Origin: a virus
Virus record (IMG/VR): IMGVR_UViG_3300017917_003893
Coordinates: 32,001 to 96,000 of that record
Length of the DNA: 64,000 bases
Direction: 5' to 3' (one strand)
Shown here: positions 10,847 through 20,530 of the stretch, in pieces
Numbering within the stretch: the first letter of the stretch is position 1
Layout: each line of letters opens with the position of its first letter
Notes under the pieces: generated by a model
Databases searched by the model: none
What the model saw: only the letters and a program-made list of their open reading frames with translations
What the model was told of the DNA's origin: nothing
Translations under genes and position numbers: made by a program

Positions 10847-12982
10847 ATGGCATTTGCACCACAACAAGAGAGACAAATGGTCTTTACGACCAAGTTAGTA
10901 GATGAGGCAACTGATAAGATTAATGATGGTATTGTTATAAAACGATATCAAAATCCTTGGCTTAAAAGTGAAGTTGGTTTGAGAAGAGCTGGTGTTTCAT
11001 TTAGAATGTCGGCTGATGAACAACAAGAGTACGTTAGATGTGCTTTAGACGTTCATTACTTCGTAGAAAAATATTGCAAAGTAAAGAGAGAAGATGGTTC
11101 TGTTGGTTCTATTAAACTTAGAGATTACCAAAAGGAAATTCTGGATAATTTTGTTAATAATAGATTTAACATTCTAATGGCGTCCCGTCAGGTTGGTAAG
11201 ACAATATCATCTGCTATTTTCATGTTACATAAGATATTATTTGATAATGATAAGAATATAATGATTGTTGCTAACAAAGGTGATACCGCTGTTGAGATTG
11301 TAGATAAGATTAAGTCTATTTATACTTTACTACCTTTCTTTTTGAAGCCAGGTATTAAAACATGGAATCAAAAATCATTAACATTTGAAAACGGTTGTAG
11401 AATTAAAACATCTGCTAGAACAAAAACTCCAGCTATTGGTTTTACCATTGATGTTCTTTATCTTGATGAGTTCGCGCACATTCCTTCTAATATTATTGAG
11501 CCTTATTATACTGCGGCTTTTCCAACAACTGCGGCTGTTCAAAATTCAAAGATTATTATCACTTCCACTCCGAATGGTATGAACTTGTTTCATAGGCTTC
11601 TAACAGATGCTGAAAGACCTGAGGGTGATCCACTAAAGAACAACTATAAACCCATGAGAGTTTATTGGTATCAAGTTCCTGGTCGATTTGTTACTTACAT
11701 AAGACTTAATTCTCATAAAATGTATGAGCATGGTGTTACTAAAGAAGAAATATTTAATTTAGTTAATGATACTTGGGGTTCTCAGACTAAGGTCTTTATG
11801 GAATATAACATGGATTTACTCAAAGATGTTATTAATGTATTCAATAATGATTCTTGTACAGATGAAGATGTTAAAAAGATGACCTTTATAGATAATAAAG
11901 GATTTGAAGTCCCTATAATGGCTATAGCCGAAGTTACAACATGGAAAGAAGAGGCTATTAAAGATATTGGTGGTGAGGATGCTTTTAACCAAGAGTATGG
12001 TTTGAGATTTATTAACGCATCTAAGTCATTATTAAATGAGGCTATTATAGATGAATTATTAAAAGGTAAAAAGAACTATGTTTGGGAACAAATACCCGAA
12101 CTTGATAGAAGATTGAAGTTTAGTTATCAAGACTTGAAATGGGTAGATGATGACAATATATTTATACCTATAATGAGAAAAGATTATAAATTTGTTATAT
12201 CTGTCGATATATCTGAAGGTTTGGGTCAGGATTACTCTATCATAAATATATTTAAGATATCTGAAAAGCCAAAAGATTTAATAGAAATACAAAAGCCTTC
12301 ATATAAATCAATAGTTGACTTTTTTAGGCTTGAACAGGTTGGTATTTATAGAAACAACTACATATCTGTTAAACAATTGGCTGAGTTGCTTTATATGATT
12401 GTATTTGAATATCTAAATCCTGATAATTGTAAAGTTGTTGTTGAGTTAAATAACTATGGTAATACTCTATTTGCGGAATTACCACACGTTTTTGATGGAA
12501 ATAACAACTATGGATCTTCAGTATTTGTTAGATATAAACATAGAGCAGATGCAACTGAAGAAAAAGTAGGTCTTAAAGTAGGTGAAAATAAGAATCTAAT
12601 GGTTAAAGACTATCAAGACTTAATGCAGTCTAAAGGATTTATTATAACAAATGAAGATAATATTAGAGAAATTACAACATTTGTTAAACATACAACATCA
12701 GCAGGTAATACGAGATATGCGGCAGATGTCGGACATGATGATACTGTAATGACTATAGTTAACGCCACTACTGTTTTTGGTCGTCATGATTTTAGTGAAA
12801 TGGTTGAAGAATGGTCTTCTAAATTTGTTGATAAAGAATTTATGAACTATGTTCAAGAATCTCTTAGAAACATTGACTATGTTGAGGGTGTTGACTATGG
12901 TCAAGTTCTAAGAGTTCGTAGACAACAAATGAATAGAAATAAAGGTAAAAACTTAAATAGTGGTGGTTGGTTTAATAATTAA
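10847..12982 (+). CDS. gp17: Terminase large subunit
   Basis: LRDYQ, ASRQVGKT Walker A, LYLDEFAH Walker B, TSTPNG, nuclease VDISEGLGQDYS and GHDDTVM. Confidence 0.96.
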   Translation: MAFAPQQERQMVFTTKLVDEATDKINDGIVIKRYQNPWLKSEVGLRRAGVSFRMSADEQQEYVRCALDVHYFVEKYCKVKREDGSVGSIKLRDYQKEILDNFVNNRFNILMASRQVGKTISSAIFMLHKILFDNDKNIMIVANKGDTAVEIVDKIKSIYTLLPFFLKPGIKTWNQKSLTFENGCRIKTSARTKTPAIGFTIDVLYLDEFAHIPSNIIEPYYTAAFPTTAAVQNSKIIITSTPNGMNLFHRLLTDAERPEGDPLKNNYKPMRVYWYQVPGRFVTYIRLNSHKMYEHGVTKEEIFNLVNDTWGSQTKVFMEYNMDLLKDVINVFNNDSCTDEDVKKMTFIDNKGFEVPIMAIAEVTTWKEEAIKDIGGEDAFNQEYGLRFINASKSLLNEAIIDELLKGKKNYVWEQIPELDRRLKFSYQDLKWVDDDNIFIPIMRKDYKFVISVDISEGLGQDYSIINIFKISEKPKDLIEIQKPSYKSIVDFFRLEQVGIYRNNYISVKQLAELLYMIVFEYLNPDNCKVVVELNNYGNTLFAELPHVFDGNNNYGSSVFVRYKHRADATEEKVGLKVGENKNLMVKDYQDLMQSKGFIITNEDNIREITTFVKHTTSAGNTRYAADVGHDDTVMTIVNATTVFGRHDFSEMVEEWSSKFVDKEFMNYVQESLRNIDYVEGVDYGQVLRVRRQQMNRNKGKNLNSGGWFNN

Positions 12983-13263
12983 CCATTTGCTTCCATAGTA
13001 GCACTTAGACCAGCACTTCTTAGTTTGTCTTTCATTGTTGAAATAGTATCTAAATCACCATATTTTACATCACATTTTCCGCTAAAATGTACAATATGAG
13101 CACACTGAGTAGCTTGTTCTTCTTCGTGTTTACAGATTTTCATCAAACATGTTATTACCCAATCAAAAGTATTATGATCGTCATTGTGTAGAACAAGTTT
13201 GTATGGTTTAGATAGTATTTCTTCTACTTTTGAAGATGTTTTCTTTTTAGTAATTGTTGCCAT
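12979..13263 (-). CDS. clpS: ATP-dependent Clp protease adaptor ClpS
   Basis: LVLHNDDHNTFDWV...QCAHIVHFSGKC signature. Confidence 0.9.
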   Translation of the reverse strand: MATITKKKTSSKVEEILSKPYKLVLHNDDHNTFDWVITCLMKICKHEEEQATQCAHIVHFSGKCDVKYGDLDTISTMKDKLRSAGLSATMEANG

Positions 13264-13288
13264 ATAATAATATTATATATTTTTATTT

Positions 13289-13807
13289 TTAATATGTTGA
13301 TTCTGTTTTGTTGATAACATCAATAACTTTAACACTTACATGATGTTCAGCTGCCCATTCCTTAAATCTTACAAGATGCTCATGTCTATCATCATACATG
13401 ACAAATTCGTCTACTCCAAGCTCTTCAATTTTTTCTTCAAATAACTTAGTTTTAAAGTTATAAGTATCACCACCCCAGTTTAGATGGATTTCATCAAATG
13501 ATAGATTGTGTTGATTTAAAATTTTCATCACGTTTTCAAGCATACCTTCTTTTTTTCTAAGTCTTCCGGTTGCTAAAATAACGTAGTTTTCTGGATCAGA
13601 AACAGCTTCTAAATACTTTTTATAAACCCATTGATTTAGTGGTATGTAGAATATATCAGGATCGATACTTTCAGAGCGACCCCACCAGCCATTATAAGGC
13701 CAATCTGTACCAGTTTTTTCCTTCCATATTAGTTCGCCTTCCTCTGGTTTAGGTGTGTGACAAAGAGTGTCATCAAAGTCAAATGAAATAAGTCGCTTAT
13801 AAGCCAT
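13289..13807 (-). CDS. HAD-superfamily phosphatase (RNA-repair-type)
   Basis: FDFDDTL, LATGR, MYDDR; TATCTTTG element at 13832-13839 (-). Confidence 0.75.
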   Translation of the reverse strand: MAYKRLISFDFDDTLCHTPKPEEGELIWKEKTGTDWPYNGWWGRSESIDPDIFYIPLNQWVYKKYLEAVSDPENYVILATGRLRKKEGMLENVMKILNQHNLSFDEIHLNWGGDTYNFKTKLFEEKIEELGVDEFVMYDDRHEHLVRFKEWAAEHHVSVKVIDVINKTESTY

Positions 13808-13908
13808 ATATAGTTTTTTCTTTTTATTTTACAAAGATATATATAAATTTTCGAAAATAAAAGGGTCAGATTATAAAATAATATATAATTACAAAAATTA
13901 TAAGTTTT

Positions 13909-14325
13909 ATGAAATTAGACACTAAATCTATCTTAATTTTAGCTTTGCTCGGACTATCTTTATTTTTTGGACTAAAATGGTTTTGGAGTGGAGATAGCGC
14001 ATCAAAAGAAAGAGTTAAACAACTTGAACAGGAATTCAAACAATTGGAATCTCAAAAAAAAGTAGTCGATTTGGAAATAATAGCATGGAAAGCTAAGTCT
14101 GATAGCCTAAGGTTGTTAGATGCTAAGTTACAAAAAGAGATTGAGAATCAAGAAATGTTAACTAGAAAGGCTGAACAAGAAGCTAAAAATTCAAGATCTA
14201 ACTTAGAAAAAATGAAAAAAGAACTAGCAGAGACTAGACAAAAAATAGATGAAATTAAAAGTAATCCGCCTAATAGAACAGGAGATGCTCTTTTAGAATC
14301 ATTAAAAAATAAAACAAAAAATTAA
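13909..14325 (+). CDS. Membrane-anchored coiled-coil protein
   Basis: N-terminal hydrophobic helix then heptad-rich region. Confidence 0.6.
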   Translation: MKLDTKSILILALLGLSLFFGLKWFWSGDSASKERVKQLEQEFKQLESQKKVVDLEIIAWKAKSDSLRLLDAKLQKEIENQEMLTRKAEQEAKNSRSNLEKMKKELAETRQKIDEIKSNPPNRTGDALLESLKNKTKN

Positions 14326-14326
14326 T

Positions 14327-14836
14327 ATGAAAAGATTTTTATCACTAATCGTTGGTTTGATATTGAGTTTTAGTTCATTTGCTCAAGTTTCTAACCCTAT
14401 AGAGTATCCTAAATATGACACGGATTCAAATGGTCAACAAGTTCTTGTTATGACAATTCAACAAGCTCAGGCACTTGATAATTCAACTGATTTATTAGCT
14501 TTACTTGAAAAACTAAATACACAGATGAGTGACTATGATTCTATATGTGTTAAAGTTATAAATGATAAAGAAGTTGTTATTGCATCTCAAAAGATTGAGA
14601 TATCAAAATTAAAACAGTCTTTAGATAATAAAGATGAACAAATTAAGTCATTACAAGGTGAAGTTGCATCATATTTGAAGAAAATATTGATATTAGAAGA
14701 TCAACTTGCTAATAGACAAAAAGTTATAGATGAAAAAAATATACAATTGAGAAAAGCCAAGACTAAAATGATTTTTGGTGGAATAGGTGGTAGTGTCATT
14801 ATTTCTGTTTTAGTGGGACTATTAATAGTAAACTAA
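14327..14836 (+). CDS. Secreted coiled-coil protein with C-terminal TM helix
   Basis: Signal peptide ending SFA-Q; C-terminal IFGGIGGSVIISVLVGLLIV. Confidence 0.6.
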   Translation: MKRFLSLIVGLILSFSSFAQVSNPIEYPKYDTDSNGQQVLVMTIQQAQALDNSTDLLALLEKLNTQMSDYDSICVKVINDKEVVIASQKIEISKLKQSLDNKDEQIKSLQGEVASYLKKILILEDQLANRQKVIDEKNIQLRKAKTKMIFGGIGGSVIISVLVGLLIVN

Positions 14837-14895
14837 TTGAAAAAAAATGACTTTTTTAGTTTAATATATAACTTATAAAAAATATTCAAATAAAA

Positions 14896-15504
14896 ATGAA
14901 GCATATTAGAACATTTGAATCATATCGTGTTAAGAAAAACAGAGAAGAGATAATTAAAGAATCTGTTCTTCAGGTAAACGATATCTACAAAGTAAAGACT
15001 ATGATTGATATTCCTCAGTCATTGATTAACGCTTATGTTAAAAAAGTAAAAGACACAACTGGTAAAAACTTACGTCAATTTTTTGGTGATGTTGACATCG
15101 CTGAAGAAATTGTTAAGTATATCAATATGAATAATCTTGATGTTGAAAAGATTCCTGGTGGTGCTTTAATGGGTGGTGGTCAATCACAGGCTCAAACACA
15201 ACCTCAAGCTCAGCCTCAAGTTCAAGTTGAAGGTGAGACTCAAGCTCAAACACAAGCTCAAACACAAGAAGCTCCTCAAGCTCAACCTCAAGCTCAAACA
15301 CAAGAAGCTCCTCAAGCTCAGGCTCAAACACAAGAAGCTCCTCAAGGAGAATTTGAAGAACCACAAGCTCAAGCTCAAACACAAGAAGCTCCTCAAGCTC
15401 AAGGACAAGCTCAAACACAAGAAGCTCCACAAGCACAAGGTCAAGGTCAGGCTCAAGAAGAGGAAGAAGAAACTGAAGAAGGAGAAGAAGAATTACCGCT
15501 TTAA
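14896..15504 (+). CDS. Putative virion protein with Q/A/T/P low-complexity tail
   Basis: MKHIRTFESY leader; late motif at 14862-14870. Confidence 0.65.
   Translation: MKHIRTFESYRVKKNREEIIKESVLQVNDIYKVKTMIDIPQSLINAYVKKVKDTTGKNLRQFFGDVDIAEEIVKYINMNNLDVEKIPGGALMGGGQSQAQTQPQAQPQVQVEGETQAQTQAQTQEAPQAQPQAQTQEAPQAQAQTQEAPQGEFEEPQAQAQTQEAPQAQGQAQTQEAPQAQGQGQAQEEEEETEEGEEELPL
15180..15460 (+). repeat. Imperfect coding tandem repeat (QAQTQEAPQA)
   Basis: Repeated caagctcaaacacaagaagctcct units. Confidence 0.85.
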
Positions 15505-15533
15505 TTTTTGAATATTAAATATGAATATACAGA

Positions 15534-15558
15534 GCCCATCAGAAATGATGGGTTTTTT
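15534..15558 (+). terminator. Intrinsic terminator
   Basis: CCCATCA-gaaa-TGATGGG-T run. Confidence 0.8.
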
Positions 15559-15574
15559 ATTTAATATATAGTTT

Positions 15575-16186
15575 ATGAGATTCCTTAAAACGTTTGAAAG
15601 TTATGGTAATGAAACATTAATTATTGTTGATGTTCAAAAGTCATTCAAGAAATTCTTTTCGGAAATGTATTTGAATGAGTTGAAAAAGTATTGTAATAAC
15701 TTCCAAAGTGTTTACCAAATATGGGATAACCATATCGATGGTAAAAAAGTGGATAAAGATTATCTATATGATAATACACCAGAGATTCCAATTCATGATG
15801 ACCTTTATCATTTTCCTAATCAAAAAGACTTGATTGAGAAGAGATATAACTATGATGTTGATGCTGATTTTTATAAAAAGATATTAAGTAAAGAAGTTTA
15901 TAAAGAAATTAGTGATAAGGAAGATAAAAAAGAACTTAAAAAAGGCGATATTTTCTCTACTAAAGAAGGTACAATAATAACTTACATTGGTAATAACCAC
16001 GTTTGGTTTCACGTTCCTATCAAATTGTATGAACTATTACAATCATTAAAAGGTAAAGAAGTTACAATAGTTGGTGGTGCTGACTCTGAATGTCTTGAAG
16101 ATATAGTAACAACCGCTGAGAAATTAGGTGTTAAAATTAAAAGAGATTATAAATATATTTATACTGCTAGTAGTTGTCCAATTTAA
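15575..16186 (+). CDS. Isochorismatase/nicotinamidase-like cysteine hydrolase
   Basis: LIIVDVQ and VTIVGGADSECL motifs. Confidence 0.65.
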   Translation: MRFLKTFESYGNETLIIVDVQKSFKKFFSEMYLNELKKYCNNFQSVYQIWDNHIDGKKVDKDYLYDNTPEIPIHDDLYHFPNQKDLIEKRYNYDVDADFYKKILSKEVYKEISDKEDKKELKKGDIFSTKEGTIITYIGNNHVWFHVPIKLYELLQSLKGKEVTIVGGADSECLEDIVTTAEKLGVKIKRDYKYIYTASSCPI

Positions 16187-16680
16187 CCTTCATCAGGCAT
16201 ATCAAAACAAATTCTTAAAACATCTCCGTCAAATCCAATTGAACATTGTTCAAAATTAGAAAAAACTTGAAACCTTGGAACAATTTCTTCTTGGAGTAAT
16301 TTAAATATTTTCTTAATTTTATTATTATTAGCCATAATAATATCTAAATTGTTTCTTAACTTTTCTAGATTTTCAATCTGATTATCAACTGAATAGTTTA
16401 ATGAAGTATAATATGATTCTATATTTTCTGGACCATCTGTTGGTGGTAAAGCATCTGTTAAATATCTAGCAGTTAAGTATGTTCCTTCTTCATCAATCTC
16501 TTCATCACTTATTTGAGGTATTGTTAATTCGCAGTCATAGAAATAATCTTCATCTGTATAATCATGAAATACACATTGGAAATAATCAGATAATTCCATC
16601 ATAATTTCTTTGAATGTCTCAAAATCACATTCTTCATTTGAAGCCTCATTGAACTTCTTTAGATATACTAACTTTTTCAT
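16183..16680 (-). CDS. Hypothetical acidic protein
   Basis: Coupled to upstream ORF by ATGA overlap; leader YLKKFNE. Confidence 0.6.
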   Translation of the reverse strand: MKKLVYLKKFNEASNEECDFETFKEIMMELSDYFQCVFHDYTDEDYFYDCELTIPQISDEEIDEEGTYLTARYLTDALPPTDGPENIESYYTSLNYSVDNQIENLEKLRNNLDIIMANNNKIKKIFKLLQEEIVPRFQVFSNFEQCSIGFDGDVLRICFDMPDEG

Positions 16681-17768
16681 ATATTACTTATAAATTTATA
16701 TAATTTTTTTATATATTCTCTTCTTTTATATTCTGGATTTGTCATACAATAAACAACAAAAGCAAAATATTTAACTTTTTCTATAAGAACCTCTCTTTCA
16801 ATTATACCACCAGCATATCTAAATTCGCAATAGTTATCAGAAAGCTTTGTTATATTAAATCCAAGATTTTTAAATCCTATTTGATTTACCTTCTTTGTTA
16901 AGAAGCTATTTAATACCTCTTCGGATTCTTCAAGATTATTAATATCAAGTCCTTTGATTATATTTTTTTCTTTATCACTCATTTCTTTAAGATATGGTAT
17001 TAATGATCCGCAAAACTTGTTATTCATTCTCCAAGTCATATCTTTGAATGTGTATGGTGTTGAATCTTTATCAGAAAAGTCATTTAATATTAACAATCCT
17101 TTAATTGGATTCCATTTAACCTTTTGATTGGAACCTAGATTTATATGTATTCCAGTTCTTTCTGAAAAGTGCCAGTAATCCTGTTTTTCTAAATCATTGT
17201 AGAAGTCATTTATCATTTCAATAGATTCTGATAAACTAGGTATATAAGTCTTTGGTTTTATTTCAATTCCTCTTTCAAGAGTTGCATCTCCAACAAAGTC
17301 AATCTTTCTATTCCATTTTCTAACAAAATTAGGCATATGTGTTCTTACCATTCTTTTTAGATATGTATAGTCTTCTTCTATAATAACTGATTTTAATGAG
17401 TTTTTCAAATGAGATACTATTTCTATTTGTCTCTCATCTGTATATTTGCTTATGTCAAATATTCTATCAAATGTGTTTTCATTGACATTTTTAGATTCCA
17501 CTTCATCATATAATGAATATGCTAGATTGAATATTAATTCCTTCTCTGATTTCTTTCTAATTTTAAAGTCTTTAGTTACTGTTTCTAAAACATCTTCAAT
17601 AGTTTCTTCATCTAAATCTTTGTATTTATACTTTAGATTACCTTTGTCTAATGTTTCTATTTCAAACTCAAATGCCACTGTAAAGTAGTTATTTAATTCA
17701 GATTCTATGAATGCTATATCTCTTGGGTTAACCTCTTCAAATAGAGAAAATTTTACTAAGTATCTCAT
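16677..17768 (-). CDS. Putative amidoligase (COOH-NH2 ligase, GS-like fold)
   Basis: FEFEIE, DATL..GIEI, TGIHINL, CEFRYAGG motifs. Confidence 0.7.
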   Translation of the reverse strand: MRYLVKFSLFEEVNPRDIAFIESELNNYFTVAFEFEIETLDKGNLKYKYKDLDEETIEDVLETVTKDFKIRKKSEKELIFNLAYSLYDEVESKNVNENTFDRIFDISKYTDERQIEIVSHLKNSLKSVIIEEDYTYLKRMVRTHMPNFVRKWNRKIDFVGDATLERGIEIKPKTYIPSLSESIEMINDFYNDLEKQDYWHFSERTGIHINLGSNQKVKWNPIKGLLILNDFSDKDSTPYTFKDMTWRMNNKFCGSLIPYLKEMSDKEKNIIKGLDINNLEESEEVLNSFLTKKVNQIGFKNLGFNITKLSDNYCEFRYAGGIIEREVLIEKVKYFAFVVYCMTNPEYKRREYIKKLYKFISNI

Positions 17769-17811
17769 AAACTATATATAAAATTAATATATAAAAAAAC
17801 TAAATATAATT

Positions 17812-18054
17812 ATGCCAGCTCGTTCAAAAACACAACAAAGATTAATGGGATTAGCTTATGCCTATAAAACAGGTGAGATAAAAGCTAAAGATTTAAATCC
17901 AGAATATGCTGATGAAATTAAAAAATTAGCTAAATCAATGACTGAGAAACAACTAAGAGATTTTGCTAAAACTAAACATAAAAACCTTCCTGAAAAAGTA
18001 GAAGAAAGTAGAATAATGAATTTTAATTCATTTGTAAATAACAGTTGTTTGTAA
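17812..18054 (+). CDS. DUF3008-like small protein
   Basis: MPARSKTQQR...AKSMTEKQLRDFAKTKHKNLPEK. Confidence 0.7.
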   Translation: MPARSKTQQRLMGLAYAYKTGEIKAKDLNPEYADEIKKLAKSMTEKQLRDFAKTKHKNLPEKVEESRIMNFNSFVNNSCL

Positions 18055-18429
18055 TTAAGTTATAGTTGCGTAAACTTGATAATCAGATACTTCAAAATAT
18101 ACTTCCATGTATTCTTGATATCGTTCAGGATCCTCAAATATATTTACACTCAAAGTATAAGTTAGAGATTCTAACTCTGGTATATACTGTCTTATTTGAC
18201 CTCTTAGAGACGACTCTATTGTCTCAGCTGATAGTCTTGTTTCATGTAAATAAACAGGTAAATCTCCACCAAAATTTGGATCGTAAAATAGTTCACCTTT
18301 ACTAGTGAATACTATCATTTCCCACTTTTGTACAATAACTCTTATAAGCTCATCCTCAATGATTTTTGCATCATTAAATCTTGGATGACCTGGGAAACAA
18401 ATATAAAAGTCTGAAAAATCAAAAGCCAT
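18055..18429 (-). CDS. gp25: Baseplate wedge/sheath initiator (gp25-like)
   Basis: TSKGELFYDPNFGGDL...IRQYIPE. Confidence 0.75.
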   Translation of the reverse strand: MAFDFSDFYICFPGHPRFNDAKIIEDELIRVIVQKWEMIVFTSKGELFYDPNFGGDLPVYLHETRLSAETIESSLRGQIRQYIPELESLTYTLSVNIFEDPERYQEYMEVYFEVSDYQVYATIT

Positions 18430-18462
18430 AACATATATATTAATATATTATGGCTTCTTTTA

Positions 18463-19425
18463 TTAGAGAAGAATTTCTCTAAACTTACCTATTATTGTAA
18501 GTCCTAGTATTATAGGGTCTGTGTTTGTTTCTAATTTAGATGAATAGTCAGCTATTATAAAATTACATTCAAATAGTTTATCTACATTTTTACCTTCGGA
18601 TATTGACCAGTCTATAAAAGGTTTTCCTAATAATCTAATCATTACGTCAATCTTTTCAGCGCCAAAATTTGTCATTAAAAAGTGATAAATTTTCTCATAA
18701 TCTAAAGATTTTTCATATATGCAGTTGTATAAATCTAGTTTTACTTTATTTGATACATTGGATGTATTACTACCAAGACTTCCGGTTTCTAAATAGTTTT
18801 GAACTTCAACCATTATAGATCTAAAGTCTGGAAACTTCTTAGTTATTATTGAAATTAGGTCTTCTTTAGGTATCTCTTTGTTTTCTTTAGGTAGAATTAC
18901 ATTATTAATTCTTTTGTAGATTTCTTGTTTAAGATATTTTTCTTCATCTAAGCTCTGACAATCAAAATTTATTTGAGGTATTCTAGATTTAATACCGTCA
19001 GATATTTTATTAATATGATTTGTTGTTATAATAAATCTTACATTTTTATTGTATTTCTCAATAAAAGCTTTGAACGCATCTTGGAACTGAGGAGAAACTC
19101 TTTCAAATTCATCTAAAAAGATAAATTTTATATCGGAATCAGTCTCCATCATAGGTTTAAACTTACAGAAGTCCTCTATCTCACTTCTTAATACATCAAT
19201 AGATGTGTAAAGTGATGAGTTTAATTCTAAGAAAGGCTTATCTTTTGTATATCTACCTATTAATATTCTAGCCAGACTTGTTTTTCCGGTTCCAAAGTGA
19301 CCGTAAAATATAAAATTTTGATTTATACCACTCTCAAAGTGTTTTCTAATTCTTGGTAAAAGAATAACATCGTCCATATTTTTTGGACGCCATTTTTCCC
19401 ATAAAAGTAATGAATTAACAGACAT
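18463..19425 (-). CDS. gp44: Clamp loader ATPase subunit (gp44/RFC-like)
   Basis: WEKWRP, GHFGTGKT, IFLDEFE, IKSR, FPDFR. Confidence 0.92.
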   Translation of the reverse strand: MSVNSLLLWEKWRPKNMDDVILLPRIRKHFESGINQNFIFYGHFGTGKTSLARILIGRYTKDKPFLELNSSLYTSIDVLRSEIEDFCKFKPMMETDSDIKFIFLDEFERVSPQFQDAFKAFIEKYNKNVRFIITTNHINKISDGIKSRIPQINFDCQSLDEEKYLKQEIYKRINNVILPKENKEIPKEDLISIITKKFPDFRSIMVEVQNYLETGSLGSNTSNVSNKVKLDLYNCIYEKSLDYEKIYHFLMTNFGAEKIDVMIRLLGKPFIDWSISEGKNVDKLFECNFIIADYSSKLETNTDPIILGLTIIGKFREILL

Positions 19426-19491
19426 ATTAATATAATTATTATTAGGTATATAAACTTATTAAGAGAAAGTTTATTATTAATATATACTCAT

Positions 19492-20445
19492 ATGATAGGT
19501 GAAAGATTTAATTTTGAAGACGTATTTTTTAGAGATTTAACAGTCTGTGTTCTTGATACTTTAGAAGGTCAAGTCAAATGGATAAATAGATTCTCATCAG
19601 GTGATGTTTTTGTGCAAGTTCCTTTTTACTATTCTTTAACTGGTGATGAGAGATTTTTATTAGATTCATTTGCAGATGATATAGTTTCTGAAAATAGATT
19701 CGTTGAGTTAAACACTGATATGATACCAAGAGGTCATCTTACTATGACTGGTTTTAATATTAGGTCTGATGAATTTGCAAATCCTAATGTTTGGCTAAGG
19801 ATGGTTGTTGAGAATGAGGTCGAGATTAGAAAAGTTATAGCTAAAGTTAGAGCTGTTCCAATTACGGTAAATTATGACTTAGAGATATTATTAAGTTCTG
19901 AAATCGATACATTTAAATGTAGTCAGGCTATAATGGATACATTATGGCTTTATAAGTTCATGTATTTTGAGTATAATTTTATGAATATTGATGCTGTTAT
20001 ATTAATGCCTGATAGTAATTCTATTGAGATGTCAAGAGAGAAAAATCTTACAAGTGATAATAATATAAAGATGAAAGTTTCTTTTACAGTTGAGACTTAC
20101 TATCCAGCATTTAGAAGTGATAGAGTTAACTCTACCGGTTATCCTCAGTCTTATGGTTCTGGTATGTCAGACCTAAATGGATTTGCTTTTTCAGGTGGAT
20201 ATTCTGACTTTTTTAATCAACCAGGTAAAGCAACACCTTATGGACAAACAGGTAGTTTCTATAATACTCAAGGTGCAGCATCGCCTACTGACCCATATGG
20301 AAGTTCTACAAATTCAGACTATCTTATTGTAGGACCAAAACGAACTAGATGGTTTAATAATATACTTAGGGCAAGAGAAAAAGCCAGTGGAAATATTAAT
20401 AATCCAAATGGTATAAAAAGTCCAAGAGACTCGTCAAATCCTTAA
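19492..20445 (+). CDS. Tail terminator/neck protein (gp15-like)
   Basis: VPFYY, IPRG, AVPITVNYDL, SFTVETY pattern; late motif at 19478-19486. Confidence 0.6.
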   Translation: MIGERFNFEDVFFRDLTVCVLDTLEGQVKWINRFSSGDVFVQVPFYYSLTGDERFLLDSFADDIVSENRFVELNTDMIPRGHLTMTGFNIRSDEFANPNVWLRMVVENEVEIRKVIAKVRAVPITVNYDLEILLSSEIDTFKCSQAIMDTLWLYKFMYFEYNFMNIDAVILMPDSNSIEMSREKNLTSDNNIKMKVSFTVETYYPAFRSDRVNSTGYPQSYGSGMSDLNGFAFSGGYSDFFNQPGKATPYGQTGSFYNTQGAASPTDPYGSSTNSDYLIVGPKRTRWFNNILRAREKASGNINNPNGIKSPRDSSNP

Positions 20446-20530
20446 TAATAAATAATTTTAAAAAGTGGTAAAAAATGACTTTTTGCCATTAATATATAGA
20501 GTATATAAATAAAAAAAAATATTTTAAAAT

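Noticed and set aside
11687-11941. Intein in terminase
   Set aside because: No Cys/Ser start or His-Asn end, and short.
15122-15511. Alternative-frame ORFs 15122, 15173, 15184
   Set aside because: Shadows of the Q/A-rich repeat in ORF 14896.
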